From positions 64,001-128,000 of the IMG/VR virus record IMGVR_UViG_3300028666_000001: DNA of 64,000 nucleotides; one strand, 5' to 3'. A program made the translations under genes and the position numbers. A model generated the notes under the pieces. The model was not told the origin of the DNA, searched no databases, and saw only the letters and a list, made by a program, of their open reading frames with translations. Shown here piece after piece: positions 36,898 through 46,700 of this stretch; the stretch's first letter is position 1, and the number at the start of each line of letters is the position of its first letter. The DNA is from a virus. Taxonomy: Duplodnaviria > Heunggongvirae > Uroviricota > Caudoviricetes.

Positions 36898-37244
36898 TGA
36901 CTGTTATGTACTCACCTAATGGTGGTGGAAGTACTGGTGGTGGGGGATCAATCCCAGCTGCAAATCAGGTTACTGTCACTGCTGCAACATATACTATCAC
37001 AGCATCGAATTTCTTAGTATTAGTTGATACGACTTCTAATGCTATTACATTAACATTACCAAATCCAACTGGTTATGCTACAATTTATATTAAAGATAAA
37101 GCTGGAAATTTAGCTACAAATAATTTAACAGTAGCCCGTTTTGGATCAGAGAAGATTGAAGGATTAGCAGCTAGTAAGGTATTTCAATCTGCTTGGGGTG
37201 CTTGGACTTTTCAATCTAATGGAACGGACTGGTTCTTACTCTAA
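36897..37244 (+). CDS. Small beta-rich virion protein
   Basis: VLVDTTSNAITLTLP...IYIKD.AG...NNLT...IEG...W fibre-associated motif. Confidence 0.65.
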   Translation: MTVMYSPNGGGSTGGGGSIPAANQVTVTAATYTITASNFLVLVDTTSNAITLTLPNPTGYATIYIKDKAGNLATNNLTVARFGSEKIEGLAASKVFQSAWGAWTFQSNGTDWFLL

Positions 37245-38098
37245 TGAATAGAATTGTACGTCAAACTTTTACAGCTTCTGGTACTTGGGTCTGTCCTGCT
37301 GGAGTTACACTAGTCGTACTATGTGGTCGTGGTGGAACTGGTGGTGGAGCAGGTGGTTCTGGTGGTGGTGGTGGTTCAACTGGTGCTGCAGCTCGTGGTG
37401 GTGGATCTGGATCTCCAGGTGGTAGCTTTCCTACTTTATTTCAAGTTGCAACAGTAGTTCCTGGTACTTCTTATACAGTTACTATTGGTGCAGGTGGTGC
37501 TGGTGGTGCAGGTGGAGCTGGTGCATCTGCAGCTGCAGGTGGTGCTACTGGTACAGCTGGTACAGCTGGAACTGATGGTGGAAATACAACATTTGGTACT
37601 CTTGCAACCTTTATAGGATCTCAAGGTGGTAGAGCTGGAACTGCTGGTGGATTAGCTACGACTGGTGCTGCTGGTGGAAACACTAATGGAATTTTTGGTA
37701 TGTTCGCTGGTACTAATGGTGCTGGTGGTCTTGTTAATGCAGTAGGTGGATCAGGAAATTTAGCTACAGGTGTTGGTCCTTTTTATGCTCAAGGTGCTTT
37801 AGGAACTGGTGGAGCTGCAGGTGGAGCTGGTGGTGGTGGTGGAGGGGGAGCTTCTTCTCCTGTCGTACCAGGAGATTCTACTGGTCAAGCTGGTACTAAT
37901 GGTGGAGCTGGTGGTGCATCAGGTTCTGGTGGATCTAATGGTTCTGCAGGTGCTTCTTCTACTGCTGGTAATGGTGGTTCAGGTGGAGGCGGTGGAGGTG
38001 GGGGCGGTTTGAAAGCTACTACTGGTTCTACTGGTGGTACAGGTGGTAATGGATCTACTGGTTCTAATGGACAAATAATTATTGAATGGGTTGAATAA
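37244..38098 (+). CDS. Glycine-rich fibre-tip-type protein, paralog 1
   Basis: FTASGTWVCPAGV...GGGG...VVPGTSYTVTIGAGG...GQIIIEW. Confidence 0.8.
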   Translation: MNRIVRQTFTASGTWVCPAGVTLVVLCGRGGTGGGAGGSGGGGGSTGAAARGGGSGSPGGSFPTLFQVATVVPGTSYTVTIGAGGAGGAGGAGASAAAGGATGTAGTAGTDGGNTTFGTLATFIGSQGGRAGTAGGLATTGAAGGNTNGIFGMFAGTNGAGGLVNAVGGSGNLATGVGPFYAQGALGTGGAAGGAGGGGGGGASSPVVPGDSTGQAGTNGGAGGASGSGGSNGSAGASSTAGNGGSGGGGGGGGGLKATTGSTGGTGGNGSTGSNGQIIIEWVE

Positions 38099-38099
38099 A

Positions 38100-38969
38100 A
38101 TGAATAGGATTGTAAGACAATCTTTTACAGCTTCTGGTACGTGGGTTTGTCCCGCTGGTGTACGTGAAGTACGACTTTGGGGCAGAGGTGGAACTGGTGG
38201 TGGAGGCGGTGGTGGGGGCGGTGGTGGCGGTTCTACAACAAACGGTGCTGGTGCTGGAGCTGGGGGATGTACTGGTGGTCCAACTCAATTAAATCGCTAT
38301 CCTACTGTTGATGTAGTTCCTGGTACTTCTTATACAGTTACTATTGGTGCAGGTGGAACAGGTGGAACAGCAGGAGCTGGTGCTACTGCAGCTGCTGCTG
38401 GTGCTTCTGGTACTCAAGGTGGAGCTGGTGGAGATGGTGGAAATACAACATTTGATTCTCTTGCAACATTTATGGGAACATCTGGTGGATTAAACACAGC
38501 CAATTTTGGTGGTAATTTTGGAACTTTTGCTGGTGGTGGTCTTGGTGTTAATACTGATGGGAGAGGAACATATGATTCTGTTATGGGATCAAATGGTCAA
38601 GGTGGAGATAGAAATACTGCTGGTTTAACTGGAGCTATAGCTCAAGGTGTCGTTAAACCTCTTTTATTAACACCATCCTCATTAGGAACTGTTGGTGCAG
38701 CAGGTGGAGCAACTACAAGTGGTGGCGGTGGTGGGAATAGTTCTTCTGGTGGTAATGGTGGTAATGGTGGAGCTTCTGGTTCTGGTGGATCTGATGGAAC
38801 TATTGGAGCTGTTGGTGTAGTAGATGGTAGTGGTGTTGCTACTGGTGGTGGTGGTGGAGGCGGTGGTGGGGGCGGTGGAAAGTTAGCTACTACTGGTTCA
38901 GCTGGTGGTAATGGTGGAGCTGGTGGTGCTGGTATTGCAGGTCAATTAATAGTTGAATGGGTGGAATAA
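38100..38969 (+). CDS. Glycine-rich fibre-tip-type protein, paralog 2
   Basis: Probable start MNRIVRQ at 38100, matching paralog 1; same architecture. Confidence 0.8.
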   Translation: MNRIVRQSFTASGTWVCPAGVREVRLWGRGGTGGGGGGGGGGGGSTTNGAGAGAGGCTGGPTQLNRYPTVDVVPGTSYTVTIGAGGTGGTAGAGATAAAAGASGTQGGAGGDGGNTTFDSLATFMGTSGGLNTANFGGNFGTFAGGGLGVNTDGRGTYDSVMGSNGQGGDRNTAGLTGAIAQGVVKPLLLTPSSLGTVGAAGGATTSGGGGGNSSSGGNGGNGGASGSGGSDGTIGAVGVVDGSGVATGGGGGGGGGGGGKLATTGSAGGNGGAGGAGIAGQLIVEWVE

Positions 38970-38970
38970 T

Positions 38971-39183
38971 ATGATTTATGCTCAAATAAAAAATGGAATA
39001 GTTGTAAATACAATCGTCGTCGATGATGGTAGTGTACTTCCTTTGGTATCTACAGGATTTGATGCTCTTGTTAGAACTGACAATTTAGACCCTCAGCCAG
39101 GAATGAGATGGTTATATGATGGGACAAATTTTACTCCTCCTCCTCCTGTACCATATGATCCTGCAGATGACTCTGGTAATTAA
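38971..39183 (+). CDS. Small fibre-associated protein
   Basis: MIYAQIKNGIVVNTIV...GWxYDGTNFTPP-like pattern typical of proteins encoded next to Gly-rich fibre genes. Confidence 0.6.
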   Translation: MIYAQIKNGIVVNTIVVDDGSVLPLVSTGFDALVRTDNLDPQPGMRWLYDGTNFTPPPPVPYDPADDSGN

Positions 39184-39195
39184 TAGGATAATTTT

Positions 39196-39474
39196 ATGAA
39201 TGAACCTTTACATATCTTAGATATTGAGTATTCACAATGGAAAGAAATGAAAACATTTCTTTCTGGAACAGTTTATTATATACCAAATATGTTAAGTTAT
39301 ATTTTGGTGTTGGTAGATTTGCAACGAAATTTTATCACTATCACTCATATAAAGTTTAAGAGTATGGATGATGCAGATAACAAAGTAGATTTTGAGACAA
39401 ATATTAAATCTTCCGCTATTAGGCAATGCTCTATTGAAGCATGTGTTGCAGCAGCAATCATAAGTTCTCACTAA
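39196..39474 (+). CDS. Hypothetical protein
   Basis: RBS AGGA; N-terminus resembles that of the ORF at 39683 (I.ld...WK..). Confidence 0.55.
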   Translation: MNEPLHILDIEYSQWKEMKTFLSGTVYYIPNMLSYILVLVDLQRNFITITHIKFKSMDDADNKVDFETNIKSSAIRQCSIEACVAAAIISSH

Positions 39475-39485
39475 GGAGTGCTACA

Positions 39486-39665
39486 GTGCCATGCCCAAAA
39501 TGTACCAGGAAGAGATATAAAGAAAAGATTATAAAACGAAGTAAACGAAATTTTTTAGTAAGAATGTGCTTATCATGTGATACACAATACGAACTTATTG
39601 AAGTCCGTAAATCAAAAATTACAAATGAATGGGTTGAAAAAGACATAGATAACGAAGATAAATAG
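39486..39665 (+). CDS. Small Zn-ribbon protein
   Basis: GTG at 39486 after AAGGAG; CPKC...CLSC. Confidence 0.55.
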   Translation: MPCPKCTRKRYKEKIIKRSKRNFLVRMCLSCDTQYELIEVRKSKITNEWVEKDIDNEDK

Positions 39666-39682
39666 ATTTAAGGAGAATTAAA

Positions 39683-40312
39683 ATGGCATACTATCAAAAC
39701 ATTGAACTAGACTGGACTACATGGAAAGCAGTTGAAGTTAAACTCGCAGGTACTACTTATTATCTGAAGAATGATCTTCAGTACGTACCATTTGTAATTG
39801 ATGAGACAAATACCATACTTTATTATACAAATGTTAATCGAGATCCTTCTGCTAGTGGTCCTTATGCAACTTTAGCTTCTGGAGCTAAAGCACATGCAGT
39901 AATTCAGGATATTACTTATACAGCTAATCTGCTTGGAACTACTGGTAATAGTATTTCAATTCAATATACAAATGATGCTATTGCTGTTGGTCAAGAATTT
40001 GTAACAGTAGTTGGGAATGCTATTACTGTTCATATTGTTAGTGGTCATTCTACAGCTCAGCAAGTATTGACAGCTGCAATTGCATGGAGTGCCTACAATG
40101 GTTTGATTAATCATTCTCAAGCAGCTGCTCAGTTGGTTTCAGCAATTGTTTCTGGAGCTTCTGGTCATGCACAAACTACACAAGGTCCTACCTCATTAGC
40201 AGGTGGAGTTGCCTCTGAGACAGTATTAGCAGATTGGACAACTAACTTTTTAGGTTCTTCTACAGTAGTTGCAAGTTTTGCAAATGGAATCGGAGAAGAC
40301 GTTTCAGCATAA
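39683..40312 (+). CDS. Virion structural protein with sheath-like beta domain
   Basis: QDITYTA...GNSISIQY...VVGNAITVHI...STAQQV...LAGG pattern seen in contractile-tail proteins. Confidence 0.55.
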   Translation: MAYYQNIELDWTTWKAVEVKLAGTTYYLKNDLQYVPFVIDETNTILYYTNVNRDPSASGPYATLASGAKAHAVIQDITYTANLLGTTGNSISIQYTNDAIAVGQEFVTVVGNAITVHIVSGHSTAQQVLTAAIAWSAYNGLINHSQAAAQLVSAIVSGASGHAQTTQGPTSLAGGVASETVLADWTTNFLGSSTVVASFANGIGEDVSA

Positions 40313-40323
40313 GGAAATAATCT

Positions 40324-41145
40324 ATGAGTCTTGTAATTCCTCAACCTCCTGTAATTACAAATATAGGAACTAGCTTCTTCACTGTTAACATTCTTCCAAA
40401 TAATCCTGTTGGTACTTATTATGCTATTCAGGTTATTTATAATGGAACTGGTGGGTTTGTTACTGCACAAGGAACACTCCAGCCTGTTCAGATGTGGATC
40501 AATACAACTCTGATTCAAGTAACAGGATTGACTCCTGGTAATAATTACTCTATTCGTCTTAGTGCTGCAGATGATTCTCTTGGGACCAATGCTACAGCAT
40601 TTGGTACAACCAATAATATTACTACGATAAGTGGACAGGCAGCTGCAAGTCTAAGTGGGCGATCTTTTACCAGTGCAGAACAACAGGTAATTGCTGAAGC
40701 TCGTAGACTTATGCCTGAGATCTTTTCCCGTAATACACGAGATGAGAAAATTTTAGCCTATGCAAATTTGATTTTAGCTGATATTAATCTTTTCCCTCCT
40801 CTTACAAATTTTACAATTGCAGATGTTGCTGGGAATCCTACATTAGCTGAAATCCTATATTTTGGTATTTCTTTGATGACAGAACTATTTCTTCAGGCAC
40901 GAGCTACTTTGGAAGACTTTCAATATAATGATAATGGTCTTTCTTTGAATGTAGATCAGGTCGGTAAGATTGCTCAGTCTTATGCAAACATGTTAGAATT
41001 CTACCGTAACATGATTTTGTACTATAAGAAAACACAGATATTTCAAGTTGGAGCAGTTGGATTGGGTACTCCTCGCTATCAATCGCAAATTGGTCAGTTT
41101 TTGAAGATTTCATTAGGTAGTGCATTCTCTTGGAATACACCCTAA
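40324..41145 (+). CDS. Head-tail adaptor/neck protein with N-terminal FN3-like domain
   Basis: N-terminal VTGLTPGNNYSIRLSA (FN3-like). C-terminal helical LADINLFPP.T.F...FQYNDNGLSL..D...Y adaptor-type region. Confidence 0.65.
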   Translation: MSLVIPQPPVITNIGTSFFTVNILPNNPVGTYYAIQVIYNGTGGFVTAQGTLQPVQMWINTTLIQVTGLTPGNNYSIRLSAADDSLGTNATAFGTTNNITTISGQAAASLSGRSFTSAEQQVIAEARRLMPEIFSRNTRDEKILAYANLILADINLFPPLTNFTIADVAGNPTLAEILYFGISLMTELFLQARATLEDFQYNDNGLSLNVDQVGKIAQSYANMLEFYRNMILYYKKTQIFQVGAVGLGTPRYQSQIGQFLKISLGSAFSWNTP

Positions 41146-41154
41146 ATTTAGTAG

Positions 41155-41183
41155 TTGCGAATTGTAAAGAATTGTGCTATAAT
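41155..41183 (+). promoter_or_regulatory. sigma70-type promoter TTGCGA-N17-TATAAT with extended -10 TG
   Basis: Directly upstream of AGGAG and the ORF at 41197. Confidence 0.7.
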
Positions 41184-41196
41184 TAGGAGATAAGCT

Positions 41197-41478
41197 ATGT
41201 ATCAAAAATTTTTTAAATATTTAGAGTTTCTTGCTCCTCCTGCCCCAATTGTTGTGGGTACTTGGAGTATCGTAATGTTAATAGGATGTGCTTATTCTAT
41301 TTATTGTACGAAACAAGTTTCAATGCCAGTTGCAATGATTTTTAGTGCTGTACTAACCAATTTCACAGCCCACAAGATTGCAAAAGTTATGAATGGACCA
41401 GCTCCAGTAGATAATAATGATACCAACCTCGATATACAAGGAGACGACAATGGAAATACTGACAAGCCTAGTAAATAA
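41197..41478 (+). CDS. Two-TM membrane protein, possibly holin-like
   Basis: Two hydrophobic segments and an acidic tail. Confidence 0.55.
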   Translation: MYQKFFKYLEFLAPPAPIVVGTWSIVMLIGCAYSIYCTKQVSMPVAMIFSAVLTNFTAHKIAKVMNGPAPVDNNDTNLDIQGDDNGNTDKPSK

Positions 41479-42022
41479 GATTAAATCAAATTTAAAGCTA
41501 TATGCGATTGCAGGAGTTATTATCCTCTTGGGGCTATTCGGGTTCAAAGCCTGTAGAAAAGTGGCTAAAAAGCAAGATAAACAGGTTACAAGCACTGTTT
41601 TAACGCCTGATCAGAAGGAAAAGATCGTAGTAGACCCCACAAAGCACACAATTACAATAACGACTAAGAATGCTGATGGTACAGATCACACTACAACCAC
41701 TTATTTGCCAGATCGCCCAACATCTATTACCGAAGGTAATAACGGTAAGCTTACTATTGTTGATCATAAGTTTGGGGCTGAGCTGCGTCCTTATATGGGA
41801 ATTGGTGGATCTTTGGATGGCACACCTCGTGTGCATATTGGTAGTGATGTATTTTACTACCATAAATTAGATTTAGGACTTGGTATTGATGATAATCCAG
41901 CACATTTGAAAGATGTACGTGGTAACTTAAACCTATCGTATAATTTTTATAGTAATACAAGTGTTGCAATTTCGTATGACAACCATAAGTACGCTGGACT
42001 GTTTTTAAAAGTTCGCTTCTAA
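41450..42022 (+). CDS. Membrane-anchored or lipoprotein with beta-strand-rich C-terminus ending in Phe
   Basis: ATG at 41450 after GGAG; TM segment followed by FKAC; alternating beta pattern ending GLFLKVRF. Confidence 0.6.
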   Translation: MEILTSLVNKIKSNLKLYAIAGVIILLGLFGFKACRKVAKKQDKQVTSTVLTPDQKEKIVVDPTKHTITITTKNADGTDHTTTTYLPDRPTSITEGNNGKLTIVDHKFGAELRPYMGIGGSLDGTPRVHIGSDVFYYHKLDLGLGIDDNPAHLKDVRGNLNLSYNFYSNTSVAISYDNHKYAGLFLKVRF

Positions 42023-42073
42023 AATCAGTAGTTCTAAATCAAATCCAAAACTCCTAGATAAAACGAGGGTCCT

Positions 42074-42613
42074 ATGACTTATAATAACTATCTTCCTCCC
42101 GAAGATGATAAGCTTGTTGGTGTTTACAAAGTGTCCTTTGAGATTAAAGTTGAATCTCAAGACGAACTTTCTTTGTCTGATATCACCCAGGATCTTACGG
42201 AAGGCTTTCAACGTGGATTTGCAGATGGTTTTGTAAACAAGGTTGCCTCTTTATCTATTGAAAAAATTTCTAAGAGAGAAAAAGAAGCTGTTAAAGTTGG
42301 AGATAAAATTCGACTTGTAAGTGACGTTACTCTGGAAGCCGAGATTTATAGTGATGACGGGTATATGTTTATTGGTAAACCAAATGAGATTTCCGAAAAA
42401 TTGCTCAGTGAGAAGATTAATGTTCAAGTCAAGGCTGGATGCATTGGTTATGTAAATGGAATCCATAAAGATGGTAGCCTAGAGATTGCTGATTTAGATA
42501 AGCCATACGTTAATGAGGCATGGGCTGAGCTTGGTATCGATGCTGTTAACGTAGATTTGATTACCGTGAAGGCAGAGCAGGTCGAGAAAATTGATTCTGA
42601 AGAGGTAAAGTAA
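42074..42613 (+). CDS. Hypothetical acidic protein
   Basis: 179-aa ORF with GAGG RBS. Confidence 0.6.
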   Translation: MTYNNYLPPEDDKLVGVYKVSFEIKVESQDELSLSDITQDLTEGFQRGFADGFVNKVASLSIEKISKREKEAVKVGDKIRLVSDVTLEAEIYSDDGYMFIGKPNEISEKLLSEKINVQVKAGCIGYVNGIHKDGSLEIADLDKPYVNEAWAELGIDAVNVDLITVKAEQVEKIDSEEVK

Positions 42614-42615
42614 TC

Positions 42616-43782
42616 ATGCCATTAAATATTCCCACAACACCTAGTATTTCTAGTGTTGCAGCTAATAGTGCTGTAATCACAAAAGGTATTGACAGTAATC
42701 CACCTTCCACATATTATTGTTTTCAATTAACCTTTAATATTAATTTAGTAACTCAACTGAAGTATCTTAAATCTGATGGCACATTCAGTGATATTCCTGT
42801 TTGGTTAAATGTAACTGCTTTGATGGCTACAGTTCTTCTTCCAAATACATTATACAGTGTTACTCTAGCTGCTGCTACTGATGCTTTTGGAACGGGTATG
42901 ACAGCCTATGGTCCTCCTGCCACCTTTACAACTGCTGCAGCTATTCCTCTCTTCCAACCTTTTAGTGCAATTTATTCAACAACAGCTACTGCTAATTGGC
43001 TTCCAAATTTTAATAGTGATGAGACAGAGTATCAGGTTCAGTACTCTACTGATCCTTCTTTTGTCTTTAATGTGACTACCTCTCCCTGGATCACTGATAA
43101 CTCATATATCCTTCAGAATATTCTTCCAAACACAATTTATTTTGCTCAAGTAAAAGCACGTAACAGTGTTTTGGCTGAAACTGCTTTTACAACTCTAGGA
43201 TCAGCTACTACGCCTGTAGGTCCTGCTCAAGTACAGGGTATTCGAGCAACCAACTTACTTGCCAATCGTGGATTTATTATTCAATGGGCTGCAAATGTAG
43301 AACCAAATATCGTTCTTTATAAGGTATATAGAAGTAGCTCCCCTACAGATAATAGTAGTTTCCAATTGATTGGATCTACCCCAGCTAATGTAACCTCATT
43401 CGTTGATAATGTTCCATACACCTTTGGAATCACTTGGTATTATAAGGTTACAGCACTTGATAATGGAAATAATGAGAGCAGCATAGATATTACTGCTCCT
43501 GTTCAGGATATGTCCTTTTCTCAATTCGTTGAGCAGCCATTCCCTACTCAGGTTGAAGTAAATGATTTGGTTAATGGTGAGATTCCAAGTGGTGCTTTAA
43601 ATGGTATCAATACTTTGTTTGTAACTACTAACCCTTTTAAGCTTGGTACACTTGCAGTATTCTTAAATGGAGTAAAGTTGATGGCTGGAGTGGATTACAC
43701 ATTAAACATACCTCAGCAATTTACCCTCGTTTCAGCTCCTCTTTCCACAGATTATATTCGTGTCGATTATTTGAAATTCTAA
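42616..43782 (+). CDS. Multi-FN3-domain virion protein
   Basis: Three FN3-like units (LLPNTLYSVTL, ILPNTIYFAQV, WYYKVTALD) and a C-terminal GEIPSG..NG.NT.F...VFLNGV domain. Confidence 0.75.
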   Translation: MPLNIPTTPSISSVAANSAVITKGIDSNPPSTYYCFQLTFNINLVTQLKYLKSDGTFSDIPVWLNVTALMATVLLPNTLYSVTLAAATDAFGTGMTAYGPPATFTTAAAIPLFQPFSAIYSTTATANWLPNFNSDETEYQVQYSTDPSFVFNVTTSPWITDNSYILQNILPNTIYFAQVKARNSVLAETAFTTLGSATTPVGPAQVQGIRATNLLANRGFIIQWAANVEPNIVLYKVYRSSSPTDNSSFQLIGSTPANVTSFVDNVPYTFGITWYYKVTALDNGNNESSIDITAPVQDMSFSQFVEQPFPTQVEVNDLVNGEIPSGALNGINTLFVTTNPFKLGTLAVFLNGVKLMAGVDYTLNIPQQFTLVSAPLSTDYIRVDYLKF

Positions 43783-43794
43783 GGATAATAATAT

Positions 43795-46700
43795 ATGCCA
43801 TTAAATTTCGCACACATTAACGGTAATGAACAAATCTTTCCAGGCTCTATCGGTACAGCACTTTTAGCCGATGGATCGGTTACTGCTGCTAAACTTGCAT
43901 CTGGGGCTATTCCATCTTCTGGTCTTATAATTAATTCTCCCCTAGATTTCAATAATTTCCCTGTATCTAATTTTAGAATTGAAAATTTAGCTTTTAATCC
44001 TCTTCCTGGTGAAGCAGGACGTTTGATTTGGAATACTACACTTAATGATTTATTTGTTGATGCAGAAACTCTAATTACAATTTCTGCAATTGCAAATGCT
44101 TCTTTTTATGTTTTATCGGTTACTGATAGCACCCATTTAGTAGTTTCTTCTACAACTGGAATTCTTGCAGGTGAGGCAATTTTTCAAGGCCCAAATGTTT
44201 TTCCTATTTCTCCTATTACTACTGTTTCATCTATCCCTAATAGTACTCATTTAGTTGTTGCTAATACTGCAGGATTTATCGGGCAAGGTATTGCATCTGT
44301 TGATTTTGGCATCATTTCCATTACACCAGGGGCTCCTGGAACTTTATTTGTTACAAATACAGCTGGCATGAGTGCTGGAGATGTGATTACCCAGGGGCTT
44401 ACTGTAACGTCTATTGTATCAGTAACTGATTCTACTCATTTAGTTGTTGCTAATACTGCAGGATTAGTTGTTTCTGCTCCTCCAGCAGTAGCATCTATTC
44501 CTTTTAATATTGATGCTGTCACTGATAGCACTCATTTAGTAGTTTCTTCTACATTGGGCATGGGTCCTGGGGTTGTACTCACTCAGGGTCTTAATTCTAC
44601 TACAATTGTATCTGTCACTGATAGCACTCATTTAGTTGTAACTCCTATGACGGGATGGGCTTCTAATGCTACCTTTGATCATACTATTACTGTTTCTGAT
44701 ACAACTGGTCTTGTGCAAGGTGCATATCTTATTCAAGGTGCTATAAAATCCATTGTTACAGATGTTGTAGACATGACACATCTGATTGTTGCTAGTAATA
44801 CTGGTTTTACTGTTGGAGCTGCACAATTTGGTTCTTTCCTTCCAATTTTAGAAGGTGCAGCAGTTACTTCTCTTACTGGTACAGCCAATGAAGTTCTTGT
44901 TAATGGAACTGTTGGCTTACCTATAACTGGTCCTGTTACTTTAACAACTCCTCAACCAATTGGTCCAACTAATAGTCCAACATTTGCAGGGCTCACATTA
45001 ACAGCTGGTCCATTGACTGTTACAGGAACTTCTTCACTGAATGGACAGGTTGATGTTCATAACAATAAGATTATTAATCTTACTGATCCTACTGTTCCCC
45101 AAGATGCTGCAACAAAAGCATACGTCGATGCTTCTGTGTCAGTTGAAAATACATGGGATCGAGATCTCATCAATGGCTATTTGTATCCACATAATATTGG
45201 AGATAAAGTCGGTATTGGGACGACTACTCCAGATGCAGAGTTGGAAGTTAATGGTACTGGACATTTTACTAATGATGTTACCGTTGATACAATCCTTCAT
45301 GTAACTGAGATTGATTCCACAGGTGATCTACTTCTTAGACCACAAGCTGCTGGCGTAGTAGCTATTGAGGGATCATCCATTGAATCACAATTACGTTTTG
45401 ATTTTTCGGGTACGGATGAGCTTTATGTTGGCTATGAACAACCTGATAATGTGTCTAGATTATTTTCACGAAATCCTCTTTGGATAGTTACAAATTTCGC
45501 AGGAACACCACAAACATGGACATTTGATAACAGTGGGGTTTTAACTCTGCCAAAAGGTTCAGTTCTTTCTGAGCAATCAATAGGTTATTGGATTTTTGGT
45601 GGTAACGGATCAGGTAACGCTCAATTAAATTCAAATCCAGGTGATGATTTATCACTTCAGGCAGCAGTGGGTGCAGGTGGTGCAGCATTAGTTTTAAGAG
45701 CTACTGGTGATGTTTTACTTTTACCAAGTGCTCCTTCAAATGTAGTTGATGCTTCTACACATAACATTGTAAATGTTGTAGATCCTGTTAATCCTCAAGA
45801 TGCAGCCACTAAGAACTATGTAGATGGTGGTTCTCATACAGTTGCTGGTTCTAATACAGATGTTCAATTTAATAATAATGGTGTATTTGGTGCTGACCCT
45901 AATTTTACATGGGTTACAGGACAAGGTATTCATCTTCTCAATTCTGATGCAATATATCTTGAAGCTGGAGCAACTGTACTTGAGATAGCTAGTATACCTG
46001 GGTTTTCAATTATTAATGGAACAGATGCTTTACGACTCGTTTCTAATAGTAATGTTACTCCTCAGACTTGGCTCTTTGATACAACTGGAGTTTTAACGAC
46101 TCCATCAACAGTGGTTATTGGTCCTACCAATACAGATTATTTAAAATTAGTCACTGCTCCAGCAAGTGCTGTTGTACCCGACCTTATTTTTCAGGCAGAT
46201 GCAGGTGGTGAAATTGCTTGGACAGATTCTACTGAATCTACTACCTATGGAGAAATTCAACAACTTGTTAATGATAATCTTCATCTGATCCAGTTACAGG
46301 CTGGTCAGGGAATTAAATTATCTACACCTTCTTATAATTGGTTATTTTCTGATGTTGATGGAAGTTTTACAACTGGTGGTCCTGTTGCTATTCATAATGT
46401 ACCAAATACGTCTGGACATGGTGATCTAACATTCTACAACGATTCTCCAGCTGAGACAACAATTGAATCACGTTCTTCAGATGGATCAACTGTTTTTGGT
46501 AATTTACTTCTTTCTGCAGGTGGCTTTGAACTCCAATCAAATGGTAATATTGGTGGAGGTTCTATTTCTGTTAACACAAGTGGATCAATTCAAACATGGA
46601 ATTTTAACTTAGATGGAAGCTTCAATTCTCCAGTATCTTTAAGTGTTGGATATGGAAATGGGGTAGTTGCACCAATAGCCACATTAGATGTTAATGGTAC

